From the NCBI GenBank assembly GCA_017546805.1, contig JAFYRT010000075.1:20104-84103 (forward strand): 64,000 nucleotides of DNA, in the 5' to 3' direction. Numbering within the stretch: position 1 is the first letter of the stretch; each line of letters begins with the position of its first letter. The notes below the pieces were generated by a model. It was not told where the DNA came from, did not search any database, and saw only the letters and a list, made by a program, of their open reading frames with translations. The DNA comes from Muribaculaceae bacterium. Its GTDB lineage: Bacteria > Bacteroidota > Bacteroidia > Bacteroidales > G3-4614. Below are positions 31,704 through 43,294 of this stretch, in pieces. Made by a program: the position numbers and the translations under genes.

Positions 31704-34124
31704 ATGTACAGATTAAGACACTACATATTTCTTGTTTTGATGCTTGTTTCAACAGTGGTTGAAGCAAAATCTTTTATTGTCTCGGGCAAAGTAATTGACG
31801 AATCAAACGAACCTATGGAGTTTGTATCGGTAAGAATTGCAGGAACAATGAGTGGCGGTTTAACAAACGAGAAAGGATTGTTTTCAATCGAAGCACAAAG
31901 CAGAGATACCGCAGAAGTTATAATATCATATCTCGGATACGAAACAGTAAAACGTCGATTAATAGAGCCTGAAGGAGAGATAAAACTAAATGTAAGATTA
32001 TATCAGAAAGACCGCTCATTGGACGAAGTCTCTGTAAGGGAGTTCCGTAAACAGACCACAACATTGGAGTATCTCGATGCTGATGATCTACGTCTGATGC
32101 CTGACGCAACAGGCGGAAGCATAGAATCACTACTTACCACCATGCCCGGAGTACACTCTAACAATGAGTTAAGTACACAATATTCAGTTCGCGGAGGAAA
32201 TTACGACGAAAACCTGGTATATATAAACGGCATTGAGGTGTATCGTCCATTAACAATACGTTCCGGTCAACAAGAGGGATTAAGCATAATCAACCCCGAT
32301 TTGGTTGGCTCGGTAGGATTCTCATCAGGAGGTTTTGCAAGTGAGTATGGAGACAAAATGTCTTCAGTATTGGATATCACATACCGAAAACCCAAGAAAG
32401 CAGTAGAGGGGGCTGTTTCCGGAAGTTTAATGGGAGCAAGCGTATCTGTGGGTAGTAAAATAAAAAACTTCACCCAACTACACGGGTTCCGTTTTAAGAA
32501 AAACTCTCTATTACTTGGCTCATTGGAAACAAAAGGAGAGTACGACCCCTCATTTATCGATTACCAAACCTATATGACATACAAGTTTAACAATAAATGG
32601 TCAGTATCTCTATTGGGCAATATATCACAAAACAAATATAATTTCACACCACAAGAACGCACAACAACTTACGGAACATACGCATCAATCACAGAGTTTA
32701 AGGTATATTTCGACGGAATGGAACGAGATAAGTTCCAATCATATTTTGGAGCTTTCACCGTTGATTACACACCTGCAAACCATACAAAACTAACCCTAAT
32801 GGGATCTGGATTTACCACAAATGAAGAGATTCGATACGATATAAGCGGAGAGTATTGGTTAAGTGAATTGGATGCAGCAATAAACGGAGGAGAACAAGTA
32901 TCTTCTGGCACATTAGGGTACGGAGCATATCGCGAGCATGCAAACAACAAATTAAATGCAGCAGTATACGCCGCAACATTGAAAGGTGTAACAAAACTTA
33001 AAAAAGATAATGAATTACACTATGGTGTAACATATCAATACGAAAGAATAAAGGATAGAGTAAGAGAGTGGGAGACACGCGACTCTGCAGGCTATACCTT
33101 GCCACACACAGGAAAAGGCATAGATTTAATTGAAAGCATAACATCGCACCAAGACATGAAATCGAATCGCATATCGGCATATATTCAAGATACATACCGA
33201 TTACGTTCCGATATAGGAAACTTCACCTTTACAGGAGGAGTAAGAGCTTCATATTGGGATTTCAATAACGAATTCCTAATCAGCCCACGCGCCTCGGTAG
33301 CATACATACCATCATTCCAAGAACGTTTAACATTCCGTTTCTCAACAGGCGTATATTATCAAGCACCGTTCTATAAAGAGCTACGCGATACAATACGAGA
33401 CGAGAGGAATAACGTAATTGTAAAGCTCGATAAGAACATAAAATCACAACAATCAATCCACTTCATATTAGGTAGCGATTTTACATTTAAACTCGGTAAT
33501 CGTCCATTCAAACTAACAGCCGAAGCATATTACAAAATACTCAACGACCTAATACCATACGAGGTTGACAACCTAAGCATATGGTATCGCGACGGAAACA
33601 GTTCGCACGGATATGCAACAGGATTAGATTTAAAACTATTTGGGGAATTTGTTCCGGGTGTAGACTCGTGGATAGGATTCTCTCTAATGAGTACGCAAGA
33701 GTATATAAACGGAATAAAAGTGCCACGACCAACAGATCAACGTTATGCCTTTACACTATTCTTCCAAGATTATATACCAAAATTTCCACGTTTTAAAGTA
33801 AACTTAAGAGCAATTGTAGCAGATGGTCTACCACAATCGGCTCCTCGTAAAGGAAGGGAAGATGGATGGTTTAGAACCCCAGCCTATAAACGATTGGATA
33901 TAGGAGCATCGTGTATGCTTGCCGGAGGAAGCGACAGAGTAATGAAACGTAAATTCTTTAAAGAACTACACAGCATTTGGTTAAGCTTCGATGTTCTGAA
34001 CCTATTAGACATAACCAACGTAAACTCATACTATTGGGTAACCGACATATATAACCAACAAAGTGCAGTACCCAACTATCTGACTCGCCGTCAATTCAAC
34101 GTAAAACTCTCCGTAGATTTTTAA
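31704..34124 (+). CDS. TonB-dependent receptor with N-terminal carboxypeptidase-regulatory-like domain
   Basis: 806-aa ORF with a signal peptide, a CarboxypepD_reg-like start (VSGKVIDESNEPMEFVSVRI), a plug region and a beta-barrel ending in a C-terminal aromatic residue (LSVDF). Confidence 0.85.
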   Translation: MYRLRHYIFLVLMLVSTVVEAKSFIVSGKVIDESNEPMEFVSVRIAGTMSGGLTNEKGLFSIEAQSRDTAEVIISYLGYETVKRRLIEPEGEIKLNVRLYQKDRSLDEVSVREFRKQTTTLEYLDADDLRLMPDATGGSIESLLTTMPGVHSNNELSTQYSVRGGNYDENLVYINGIEVYRPLTIRSGQQEGLSIINPDLVGSVGFSSGGFASEYGDKMSSVLDITYRKPKKAVEGAVSGSLMGASVSVGSKIKNFTQLHGFRFKKNSLLLGSLETKGEYDPSFIDYQTYMTYKFNNKWSVSLLGNISQNKYNFTPQERTTTYGTYASITEFKVYFDGMERDKFQSYFGAFTVDYTPANHTKLTLMGSGFTTNEEIRYDISGEYWLSELDAAINGGEQVSSGTLGYGAYREHANNKLNAAVYAATLKGVTKLKKDNELHYGVTYQYERIKDRVREWETRDSAGYTLPHTGKGIDLIESITSHQDMKSNRISAYIQDTYRLRSDIGNFTFTGGVRASYWDFNNEFLISPRASVAYIPSFQERLTFRFSTGVYYQAPFYKELRDTIRDERNNVIVKLDKNIKSQQSIHFILGSDFTFKLGNRPFKLTAEAYYKILNDLIPYEVDNLSIWYRDGNSSHGYATGLDLKLFGEFVPGVDSWIGFSLMSTQEYINGIKVPRPTDQRYAFTLFFQDYIPKFPRFKVNLRAIVADGLPQSAPRKGREDGWFRTPAYKRLDIGASCMLAGGSDRVMKRKFFKELHSIWLSFDVLNLLDITNVNSYYWVTDIYNQQSAVPNYLTRRQFNVKLSVDF

Positions 34125-34149
34125 ATTATAATTACATCATATACAAAGA

Positions 34150-34184
34150 GGTTAAATTAGTTCAAACTGATTTAGCCTTTTTTT
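34150..34184 (+). terminator. intrinsic terminator after the TonB-dependent receptor gene
   Basis: 8-bp stem ggttaaat (34150-34157) / atttagcc (34170-34177) with one G-U, followed by TTTTTTT (34178-34184). Confidence 0.6.
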
Positions 34185-34455
34185 ATCTCCATCATAAAAT
34201 CTTATTGTCAATATTATAAAAGGGAGCAATATAGCAACAAAACTACTAAAACATCTGAGACTAATTCCCAACCCTCATATCCAACCGATGAAGAGGAAAA
34301 GTTGTCCATATTATCAGGACTTTGCAGATATATAAAAAAACTTATGATAAGACAAAAATAAGTATTATATTATTATTAAGTAGAATAACCTAAATTATTT
34401 TTCTTATCGCTATATTTTAATCTCTTTATTTGTTGTAACTTTACACAATAATTAA

Positions 34456-36477
<2,022 letters not shown>

Positions 36478-36556
36478 CCAAAAAGAGGATATTAATTTCA
36501 AATAGTTAATAATTGTCCTTAATAATATTTAATTTGTTATAGTAAAAGTAGAAATA

Positions 36557-36571
36557 TTTTATTATCTTCGC
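36557..36571 (+). promoter_or_regulatory. promoter-like 15-mer TTTTATTATCTTCGC (TAnnTTCG -7 variant) upstream of dapA
   Basis: An identical 15-mer also occurs at 38047-38061 and 58030-58044. It ends 26 nt before the dapA ATG. Confidence 0.45.
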
Positions 36572-36596
36572 AACTTAAAATATTCGAAAGACCTTT

Positions 36597-37490
36597 ATGG
36601 AGAGAATTAATTTAAAAGGATTGGGTGTTGCGTTGATAACGCCATTTAAAGAAGATGACTCTATCGACTACACCGCACTTGGAAAGCTAATAGAACATTT
36701 AATACAAAACAGCATAGATTATCTTGTAGTACTTGGTACAACTGCCGAAACACCTACTTTATCTACCGAAGAGAAGAAAGAGGTTGTGGCATTTGTTAAA
36801 CAAAGAGTAAACGGAAGAGTTCCTATTGTGCTTGGAGTAGGAGGCAACTGCACAAGTAGCGTTGTTGCTCAACTTAAAAATGACGACTACGAAGGCATAG
36901 ATGCAATATTAAGCGTAGTTCCCTACTACAACAAACCATCACAAGAGGGAATATATCAACACTACAAAGCTATTGCCAAGGCAACAGAACTACCAATTAT
37001 ATTATATAATGTTCCAGGTAGAACAGGTGTGAATATGACAGCTGAAACAACTTTACGAATTGCACGAGAATTTGATAATGTTGTAGCCATTAAAGAGGCT
37101 TCGGGCAATATAGTGCAGATGGATGATATCATCAAAAACAAACCTGCTGATTTTATGGTAATATCAGGAGATGATGGTATTACATTCCCTCTTATCACAT
37201 TGGGCGCGGTTGGCGTAATCTCAGTTATTGGCAATGCATTTCCAAAAGAGTTTGGACGTATGGTGCGCTTAGCTCTTAACGGCGATTACGATAGTGCATT
37301 GAGAATTCACCATGAATTTACAGAGCTATTCTCACTTTTATTTGTTGATGGAAACCCAGCAGGAGTAAAAGCCATGTTAAATGCCATGGGTTATATTGAC
37401 AACAAATTAAGGTTACCATTGGTTCCAACACGAATTACCACATACGAAAAAATGCGAGTTGTATTGGACAACCTGAATATTAAGTGTTAA
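36597..37490 (+). CDS. dapA: 4-hydroxy-tetrahydrodipicolinate synthase
   Basis: 297-aa ORF with GTTAE, YNVPGRTG and AIKEASG (active-site Lys) motifs. Confidence 0.95.
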   Translation: MERINLKGLGVALITPFKEDDSIDYTALGKLIEHLIQNSIDYLVVLGTTAETPTLSTEEKKEVVAFVKQRVNGRVPIVLGVGGNCTSSVVAQLKNDDYEGIDAILSVVPYYNKPSQEGIYQHYKAIAKATELPIILYNVPGRTGVNMTAETTLRIAREFDNVVAIKEASGNIVQMDDIIKNKPADFMVISGDDGITFPLITLGAVGVISVIGNAFPKEFGRMVRLALNGDYDSALRIHHEFTELFSLLFVDGNPAGVKAMLNAMGYIDNKLRLPLVPTRITTYEKMRVVLDNLNIKC

Positions 37491-37503
37491 AAACAGATAT
37501 TTT

Positions 37504-37953
37504 ATGATTCAAAGAATTCAAACCTTATATTTACTAATTGCGGTAATCATAATGATTGCCTTGAATTGGATGCCTTTGGCATATTTCGGCGATTTAGAAT
37601 TTCTCACATGCGGAATATTCTCAGAACCAGGCATTACCGCCATATCAATCACTACATATCCCATTGCTGTGACAGTTATAGCATCTGCCATATTGGCTGC
37701 AATAGCAATATTCATGTATAAAAATCGCATTAAACAAGCAAAGATCGTTGCATTGTCAATATTCTTGGATGTAATGTTCTATCCTATATTCACAGCCTAT
37801 TTATGGTATTCAAAAGAGGCTCTTGCGAATATCGACAATTCTTTTTCATTTGCACTAATTATTCCTGCAATATCAATTATTTTAAAAGCATTAGCAAACA
37901 AAGCAATTAAAGCGGACGAGAAATTAGTACGCTCTGCCGATAGAATAAGATAA
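37504..37953 (+). CDS. DUF4293 family membrane protein
   Basis: 149-aa ORF with 4 predicted TM segments and the MIQRIQTLYLL N-terminus typical of this Bacteroidota family. Confidence 0.7.
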   Translation: MIQRIQTLYLLIAVIIMIALNWMPLAYFGDLEFLTCGIFSEPGITAISITTYPIAVTVIASAILAAIAIFMYKNRIKQAKIVALSIFLDVMFYPIFTAYLWYSKEALANIDNSFSFALIIPAISIILKALANKAIKADEKLVRSADRIR

Positions 37954-37983
37954 CATAGGGAAACAAAATAAATCAACTATAAC

Positions 37984-38016
37984 GAGGTCAATGTTAAACC
38001 CATTGACCTCTTTTTT
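37984..38016 (+). terminator. intrinsic terminator after the DUF4293 gene
   Basis: Perfect 10-bp stem gaggtcaatg (37984-37993) / cattgacctc (38001-38010) followed by TTTTTT. Confidence 0.75.
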
Positions 38017-38046
38017 GTCTCTACAAATAGGGATGGAAAGATATAT

Positions 38047-38061
38047 TTTTATTATCTTCGC
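38047..38061 (+). promoter_or_regulatory. promoter-like 15-mer TTTTATTATCTTCGC upstream of the GH2 gene
   Basis: Identical to the 15-mers at 36557 and 58030. It ends 46 nt before the ATG at 38107. Confidence 0.45.
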
Positions 38062-38106
38062 CAAATAATGAATATTGACAAATCATAAACTTTAATAATA
38101 AACAGT

Positions 38107-40611
38107 ATGAATTACAGAAAAATCAGAAATGCAGTAATGTTGTTAATGCTTTCTCCGGTAATGGTATTTGCGAATCCACGTACCGAAACTCTTTTGGAGA
38201 AAGGTTGGCGTTTTACTCGCGAGGACAACAGTCTGTTTTCAACGACAGATTATGCCGATGGTAGTTGGCAACAAGTAAGAGTTCCACACGATTGGGCAAT
38301 TTATGGTCCATTTAGTATTGACAACGACAAACAAAACGTTGCAATTACTCAAGACGGACAAAAAGAGGCTATGGAACACGCAGGTCGTACAGGTGGATTG
38401 CCATTTATCGGACCGGGCTGGTATAGAATAGCATTTGACGTTCCTGAATTCAAAGAAGGCAAAAAATGCACTATCATTTTTGATGGAGCAATGAGCCATG
38501 CAAATGTGTATATCAATGGCGAAAAAGCGACATTCAGACCATACGGATACACATCATTTAATGTAGATGCCACTCCATTTATCAAAGAAGGGGAGAAGGT
38601 TGTATTGGCTGTACGTCTTGAGAACCTAATTGAAAGTTCTCGCTGGTATCCCGGAGCAGGATTATATCGTAATGTTCATGTAATAGTAACAGAGGATGCT
38701 CACGTTCCTGTATATGGAACACAACTAACAACTCCTGTTATAGAGCCCGATTACGCTAAGGTAAATCTAAAAACAAAATTAGAGATGCCTTCAAATAAAA
38801 CTATCGAAAGCTATTCTATTTCAACAGAAATAAAAGATGCAGATGGCAATGTTGTAGCTTTCAACAACAAAAACGGTTCAATATATGATGGCGGATTATT
38901 TGAGCAAAACTTTGTGGTAAAATCGCCCAAACTATGGACATTAGAATCTCCTATATTATATACTGCTGAATCGAAAATATACGAAGGAGAGAAACTAAAA
39001 GATACATACTCAACAACATTCGGATTTAGAACAATAAAAATTATCCCTGATAAAGGATTTTATCTAAATGGCGAACGCACTCAATTTAAAGGAGTATGTA
39101 ATCACCACGATTTAGGACCTCTTGGCGGTATTGCAAACGAAGCAGGTATTCGTCGTCAAGTTCGCATATTAAAAGATATGGGATGTAATGCTATTCGCAC
39201 ATCACACAACATGCCTGCACCTGAGCTTGTAAAAGCATGCGACGAAATGGGTATGATGCTGATGCTCGAATCATTTGACGAGTGGGAAACACCAAAAGTA
39301 AAAAACGGATACAACACCATGTTCAAAGAGTGGGTTGAAAAAGACCTTGTAAATCTAATTCACCAATACCGCAACAATCCAAGTGTTGTAATGTGGTGTA
39401 TAGGTAACGAGGTTCCAGATCAATGGAAACCCGAAACAGGACAAAAACTATCAAGAATGTTGCAAGACATTTGCCATAGAGAAGACCCAACACGCCCTGT
39501 AACTCAAGGTATGGATGCTCCAGATGCAGTTGTAAACAACAACATGGCTGCTACAATGGACGTTGCAGGATTCAACTATCGTCCTCACAAATACATAGAG
39601 AACTACACAAAACTTCCACAACAAATTATTCTTGGTAGCGAAACAGCTTCAACATTAAGCTCACGTGGAGTTTACAAATTCCCTGTGGTTCGTCGTTCAA
39701 TGCACAAATACGAAGATCACCAAGCATCATCATACGACGTTGAGCATTGTGGTTGGTCGAACCTGCCAGAAGACGATTGGATTCAACACGAAGATTTACC
39801 ATACTGTATTGGAGAGTTTGTTTGGACAGGATTTGACTATTTAGGAGAGCCAACACCATACTATTCAGATTGGCCAAGCCACTCATCACTATTTGGAATT
39901 ATCGACTTGGCAGGATTGCCAAAAGACAGATACTACTTGTATCGTAGCCATTGGAACAAAGAGGCAGAGACACTACACATACTACCACACTGGAATTGGA
40001 AAGGCAGAGAAGGAGAAGTAACACCAATATTTGTATACACAAACTATCCTTCAGCAGAGTTATTCATCAATGGTAAGAGCCAAGGTGTTCGCACAAAAGA
40101 CATGAGCGTTAACGTATATAACAGTGCAGACTCTGTTTCTGCTGCTGAATTAAAACGCCTTACTCGCTACCGTTTAATGTGGATGGATACAAAATACGAA
40201 CCCGGAACAGTTAAGGTTGTTGCATACGACAGTGACGGAAATGCCGTTGCAGAGAGAGAAATGACAACTGCAGGCAAGCCATATGCAATCGAGCTAATTG
40301 CCGACCGCTCTGAAATTACCGCTGACGGAAAAGACCTTTCGTTTGTTACAGTAAGAGTAGTTGACAAAAACGGAAATCTTTGTCCTCTGGCAGATAACCA
40401 AATCTGCTTTAAAGTAAAAGGAAATGGAAAATATGTGGCAGGAGCAAACGGAGATCCAACATCACTTGAATCGTTCCAAAAACCAACAATGAAGGTATTC
40501 TACGGAATGATGACAGCTATTGTAGCATCAGACGAAACTCCCGGTACAATAACCCTCGAAGCAACAGCAAAAGGATTGCAAAAAGGGAAAATAACCATTA
40601 TTGGTAAATAA
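38107..40611 (+). CDS. glycoside hydrolase family 2 (beta-galactosidase/beta-glucuronidase-like)
   Basis: 834-aa ORF with a signal peptide, a sugar-binding N-domain (VRVPHDW), a TIM-barrel with NAIRTSHN and WCIGNE (acid/base Glu), and Ig-like C-terminal domains. Confidence 0.85.
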   Translation: MNYRKIRNAVMLLMLSPVMVFANPRTETLLEKGWRFTREDNSLFSTTDYADGSWQQVRVPHDWAIYGPFSIDNDKQNVAITQDGQKEAMEHAGRTGGLPFIGPGWYRIAFDVPEFKEGKKCTIIFDGAMSHANVYINGEKATFRPYGYTSFNVDATPFIKEGEKVVLAVRLENLIESSRWYPGAGLYRNVHVIVTEDAHVPVYGTQLTTPVIEPDYAKVNLKTKLEMPSNKTIESYSISTEIKDADGNVVAFNNKNGSIYDGGLFEQNFVVKSPKLWTLESPILYTAESKIYEGEKLKDTYSTTFGFRTIKIIPDKGFYLNGERTQFKGVCNHHDLGPLGGIANEAGIRRQVRILKDMGCNAIRTSHNMPAPELVKACDEMGMMLMLESFDEWETPKVKNGYNTMFKEWVEKDLVNLIHQYRNNPSVVMWCIGNEVPDQWKPETGQKLSRMLQDICHREDPTRPVTQGMDAPDAVVNNNMAATMDVAGFNYRPHKYIENYTKLPQQIILGSETASTLSSRGVYKFPVVRRSMHKYEDHQASSYDVEHCGWSNLPEDDWIQHEDLPYCIGEFVWTGFDYLGEPTPYYSDWPSHSSLFGIIDLAGLPKDRYYLYRSHWNKEAETLHILPHWNWKGREGEVTPIFVYTNYPSAELFINGKSQGVRTKDMSVNVYNSADSVSAAELKRLTRYRLMWMDTKYEPGTVKVVAYDSDGNAVAEREMTTAGKPYAIELIADRSEITADGKDLSFVTVRVVDKNGNLCPLADNQICFKVKGNGKYVAGANGDPTSLESFQKPTMKVFYGMMTAIVASDETPGTITLEATAKGLQKGKITIIGK

Positions 40612-40633
40612 TTAAGTAATAAAAAAATAGAAG

Positions 40634-40672
40634 AGAGAGAGTGGTATTTTAAATTTCCACTCTCTCTTTTTC
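40634..40672. terminator. hairpin terminator between convergent genes
   Basis: Perfect 11-bp stem agagagagtgg (40634-40644) / ccactctctct (40657-40667) followed by TTTTT. An A-run lies upstream, so it may act in both directions. Confidence 0.7.
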
Positions 40673-40689
40673 TTAAGGATTGAATAACG

Positions 40690-40977
40690 TTACTCTAACG
40701 ATTCTTTAATAAAGCGAGAAAACTCTTTTTTGTTTTCTAAACGATTATATCTATTTTTTCTACATAAACTACAACTACATGGAGTTCCTGTAGTCTTAAA
40801 AACGAAATAATCTTTACTTTTTGCCAAATCAAACCAATGCGGATTTTGAATATAATTTCCACTATTATCAAAACATCCCATTTGGTTATTCGCAAATCTA
40901 ATCATTCTTGCTTTGTAAACTCTCCATTCATGAGTTTTTCTCCAAAGTTTGTCTCTTTTTTCCATCGTCTCTTTCAA
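40690..40977 (-). CDS. hypothetical small basic protein with CSCxxC motif
   Basis: 95-aa ORF; no family recognised. The terminator downstream supports a real transcription unit. Confidence 0.45.
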   Translation of the reverse strand: MKETMEKRDKLWRKTHEWRVYKARMIRFANNQMGCFDNSGNYIQNPHWFDLAKSKDYFVFKTTGTPCSCSLCRKNRYNRLENKKEFSRFIKESLE

Positions 40978-41139
40978 TTAAATTAATAATGAACGATGGT
41001 ATTATCTGAATAAAAAATATTGTTTTCATATAAAATAGATTTTAAATTGTTATTAATAAATTTGTTACTTCAATTTATATGCCAATTTTACACAAACAGA
41101 GAATATCTCTAATGTTGTGTAGATGTAAAAATATATTAA

Positions 41140-41147
41140 TACCTTTG
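41140..41147 (+). promoter_or_regulatory. Bacteroidota -7 promoter box (TACCTTTG)
   Basis: Exact TAnnTTTG match followed by CA, 15 nt upstream of the 41162 ATG. Confidence 0.5.
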
Positions 41148-41161
41148 CAAAAAGTAAACAA

Positions 41162-42265
41162 ATGAAATCAAAAGAAAGCATATTACCACTTATAAGCCAC
41201 TTGGCATCTATCATTATTGTAGTGTTTCTAATATCAATTGTTGCGATAAACAGAGACAATCAACTATTCGGAATATCATTGGAGGAGGATACGAGCCAAA
41301 ATAGCGAGTCTATAACATATACCAACGACTATATTATAGTAAATACAACAAACATAGTAAACGGCATAAAAGGCTATGCAGGCGAAACACCTTTGGAAAT
41401 TTACATAAACCAAGACGGTTACATCGCAGAGGTAAAGCCTTTGAAAAATGCTGAGTCTCCGAGATTTTTCAAAAGCCTCGAGAAAAAAGGGCTATATTCA
41501 CAATGGATTGGACTTACCCCACAAGATGCAATAGAAAAAAAAGTTGATGCAATTTCAGGAGCAACAATATCTTCAAACGCAGTTATCAAAACATTCAATT
41601 CAGCGATGCAGTACACTATCGACAATAGAGTTGTCAAAAGCGAAAATATAAAAGAGTACTTTTCGCTAAAAAACATTATTGCACTATTAGTAATATTAAT
41701 AGCAGCAATAGTACCGATATATCTAAAAAACAGAATTTACCGATACATTCAACTCATAACAAACATAATAGTTTTAGGCATTTGGTGTAGCACATTTCTA
41801 TCATTATCAATGATAGTAAACTTTGTATCAAACGGATTTAACGGCATAGCAATATTAATACCTCTGCTACTTATTATCATAGCATTTATATACCCACTAT
41901 TTGGCAAAAAACAACACTACTGCACATGGGTGTGTCCGTTTGGAGCATCGCAAGAGCTTATACATAGCATATCTCCATTCAAGGTAAACATATCGCAAAA
42001 AGCAAACGAAATACTCAAAACATTGCAGAAAGTATTATGGACTATAATAATGATAATACTCTGCATGGGTATCTATTTTGAGATTATGGATTACGAAGCA
42101 CTCTCAATATTTCTATTTAATCAGGCAGATATACCTGTATTGATTATAAGTTTTGCATTTTTATTTGCATCACTATTCGTTAAACGTCCATATTGCAAAT
42201 ATGTATGTCCTACAGGATATTTAGTTAAGTTTTCGGAGAGAGACAACTATAAGCAAAAAGGATAG
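41162..42265 (+). CDS. membrane FMN-binding domain / 4Fe-4S-binding (NosR/NapH-like) protein
   Basis: 367-aa ORF with an N-terminal TM segment, an FMN_bind-like site (AISGATISSNAV), several TM helices and two CxxxCP motifs (CTWVCPFG, CKYVCPTG). Confidence 0.65.
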   Translation: MKSKESILPLISHLASIIIVVFLISIVAINRDNQLFGISLEEDTSQNSESITYTNDYIIVNTTNIVNGIKGYAGETPLEIYINQDGYIAEVKPLKNAESPRFFKSLEKKGLYSQWIGLTPQDAIEKKVDAISGATISSNAVIKTFNSAMQYTIDNRVVKSENIKEYFSLKNIIALLVILIAAIVPIYLKNRIYRYIQLITNIIVLGIWCSTFLSLSMIVNFVSNGFNGIAILIPLLLIIIAFIYPLFGKKQHYCTWVCPFGASQELIHSISPFKVNISQKANEILKTLQKVLWTIIMIILCMGIYFEIMDYEALSIFLFNQADIPVLIISFAFLFASLFVKRPYCKYVCPTGYLVKFSERDNYKQKG

Positions 42266-42272
42266 AAAAAGC

Positions 42273-43157
42273 CTATCTCAACATCTCAACGTATAAAATT
42301 TTACTGAACTTTTCAGCTCCTTTAGGACATAGATGCACATCATCAAAAAAGTCTGTATCATTAAATCTATCGTCGGTAAGATAGCTCAAATACGAAGCAT
42401 CATACTCCAAACAAACACCATTAACGATTGATGTAGTAAAGTTCCATCTTTCTTTATCAAGACTATTGTAATAAGAGGGAAGAGTAGGGGTAGTAACAAA
42501 GAATAATCGGATGTTACGTTGTTTGCAAATCTCTGCTATTTGACGTAAACAACCTACATTTTTGTCAATAAATTCATCACCTCGAGAATTATCCATATCA
42601 ACACCCCTGACAGTATCATAATCGGTAGCACAACCATTTCGGTTAAAGCCATAATCAATCTCACATCCAAATAAATCACCAAAGTAAGCAACAGCCCTAT
42701 CTTTAAGAGTATTCAAGCTACATATTTCAAGTTTCTCAACATAATTGAGCAGAGTATCTGAATACCCCATATAACGCTCATAAAATTTAACCCTGAACCT
42801 CTCATTACCACAATCCAAAGGTACATTATGCAGAGTAAAATAAGAAATTGGGATAATAACAGTATTAAGATTGGGACATTTATCAATGTAACGATTTAAG
42901 AGAAACAAATCGAACTTTAAATCTTGCGAAATATTTGCCAAATTAAACGAATTACCACCCAAATATTCAGGATTTATGCCATAAAACGAGAGAGAATTAC
43001 CCAAAACCAGCATACCTACAGAGTGACAATTAGAGCTAATAAATTCCTCCTTATACCTATACGAATTAGGAGTAGAACGAGCAATAAGTTCTAATCCCAC
43101 CAATATTGAAACAAGTAGGATAATAGATATAACAACTTTAAAAACTACCTTGCCCAT
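42273..43157 (-). CDS. hypothetical membrane-anchored protein, possible SGNH/GDSL-like fold
   Basis: 294-aa ORF with an N-terminal TM anchor, a block-I-like LVLGNSLS and a C-terminal DDVHL (DxxH-like). The assignment is weak. Confidence 0.45.
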   Translation of the reverse strand: MGKVVFKVVISIILLVSILVGLELIARSTPNSYRYKEEFISSNCHSVGMLVLGNSLSFYGINPEYLGGNSFNLANISQDLKFDLFLLNRYIDKCPNLNTVIIPISYFTLHNVPLDCGNERFRVKFYERYMGYSDTLLNYVEKLEICSLNTLKDRAVAYFGDLFGCEIDYGFNRNGCATDYDTVRGVDMDNSRGDEFIDKNVGCLRQIAEICKQRNIRLFFVTTPTLPSYYNSLDKERWNFTTSIVNGVCLEYDASYLSYLTDDRFNDTDFFDDVHLCPKGAEKFSKILYVEMLR

Positions 43158-43254
43158 ACGTTAAAATTAAAAATATAATTATTCAAAGTTATTAACAAAA
43201 ATCAAATTTAGGTCAAAAAAACACAAATCATTTTATCAGTTTCTTAATAATTCG

Positions 43255-43262
43255 TATCTTTG
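43255..43262 (+). promoter_or_regulatory. Bacteroidota -7 promoter box (TATCTTTG)
   Basis: Exact TAnnTTTG match 33 nt upstream of the 43295 ATG. Confidence 0.5.
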
Positions 43263-43294
43263 AGGTAAACTTCGAATATATATCTTAAACAAAA

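Noticed and set aside
34214-34309. 31-codon minus-strand ORF (MDNFSSSSVGYEGWELVSDVLVVLLLYCSLL) in the spacer before ligA
   Set aside because: It is too short to judge, has no canonical promoter box (only TATATCTG) and offers no conservation information. It could be a small membrane peptide, but the sequence alone does not support it.
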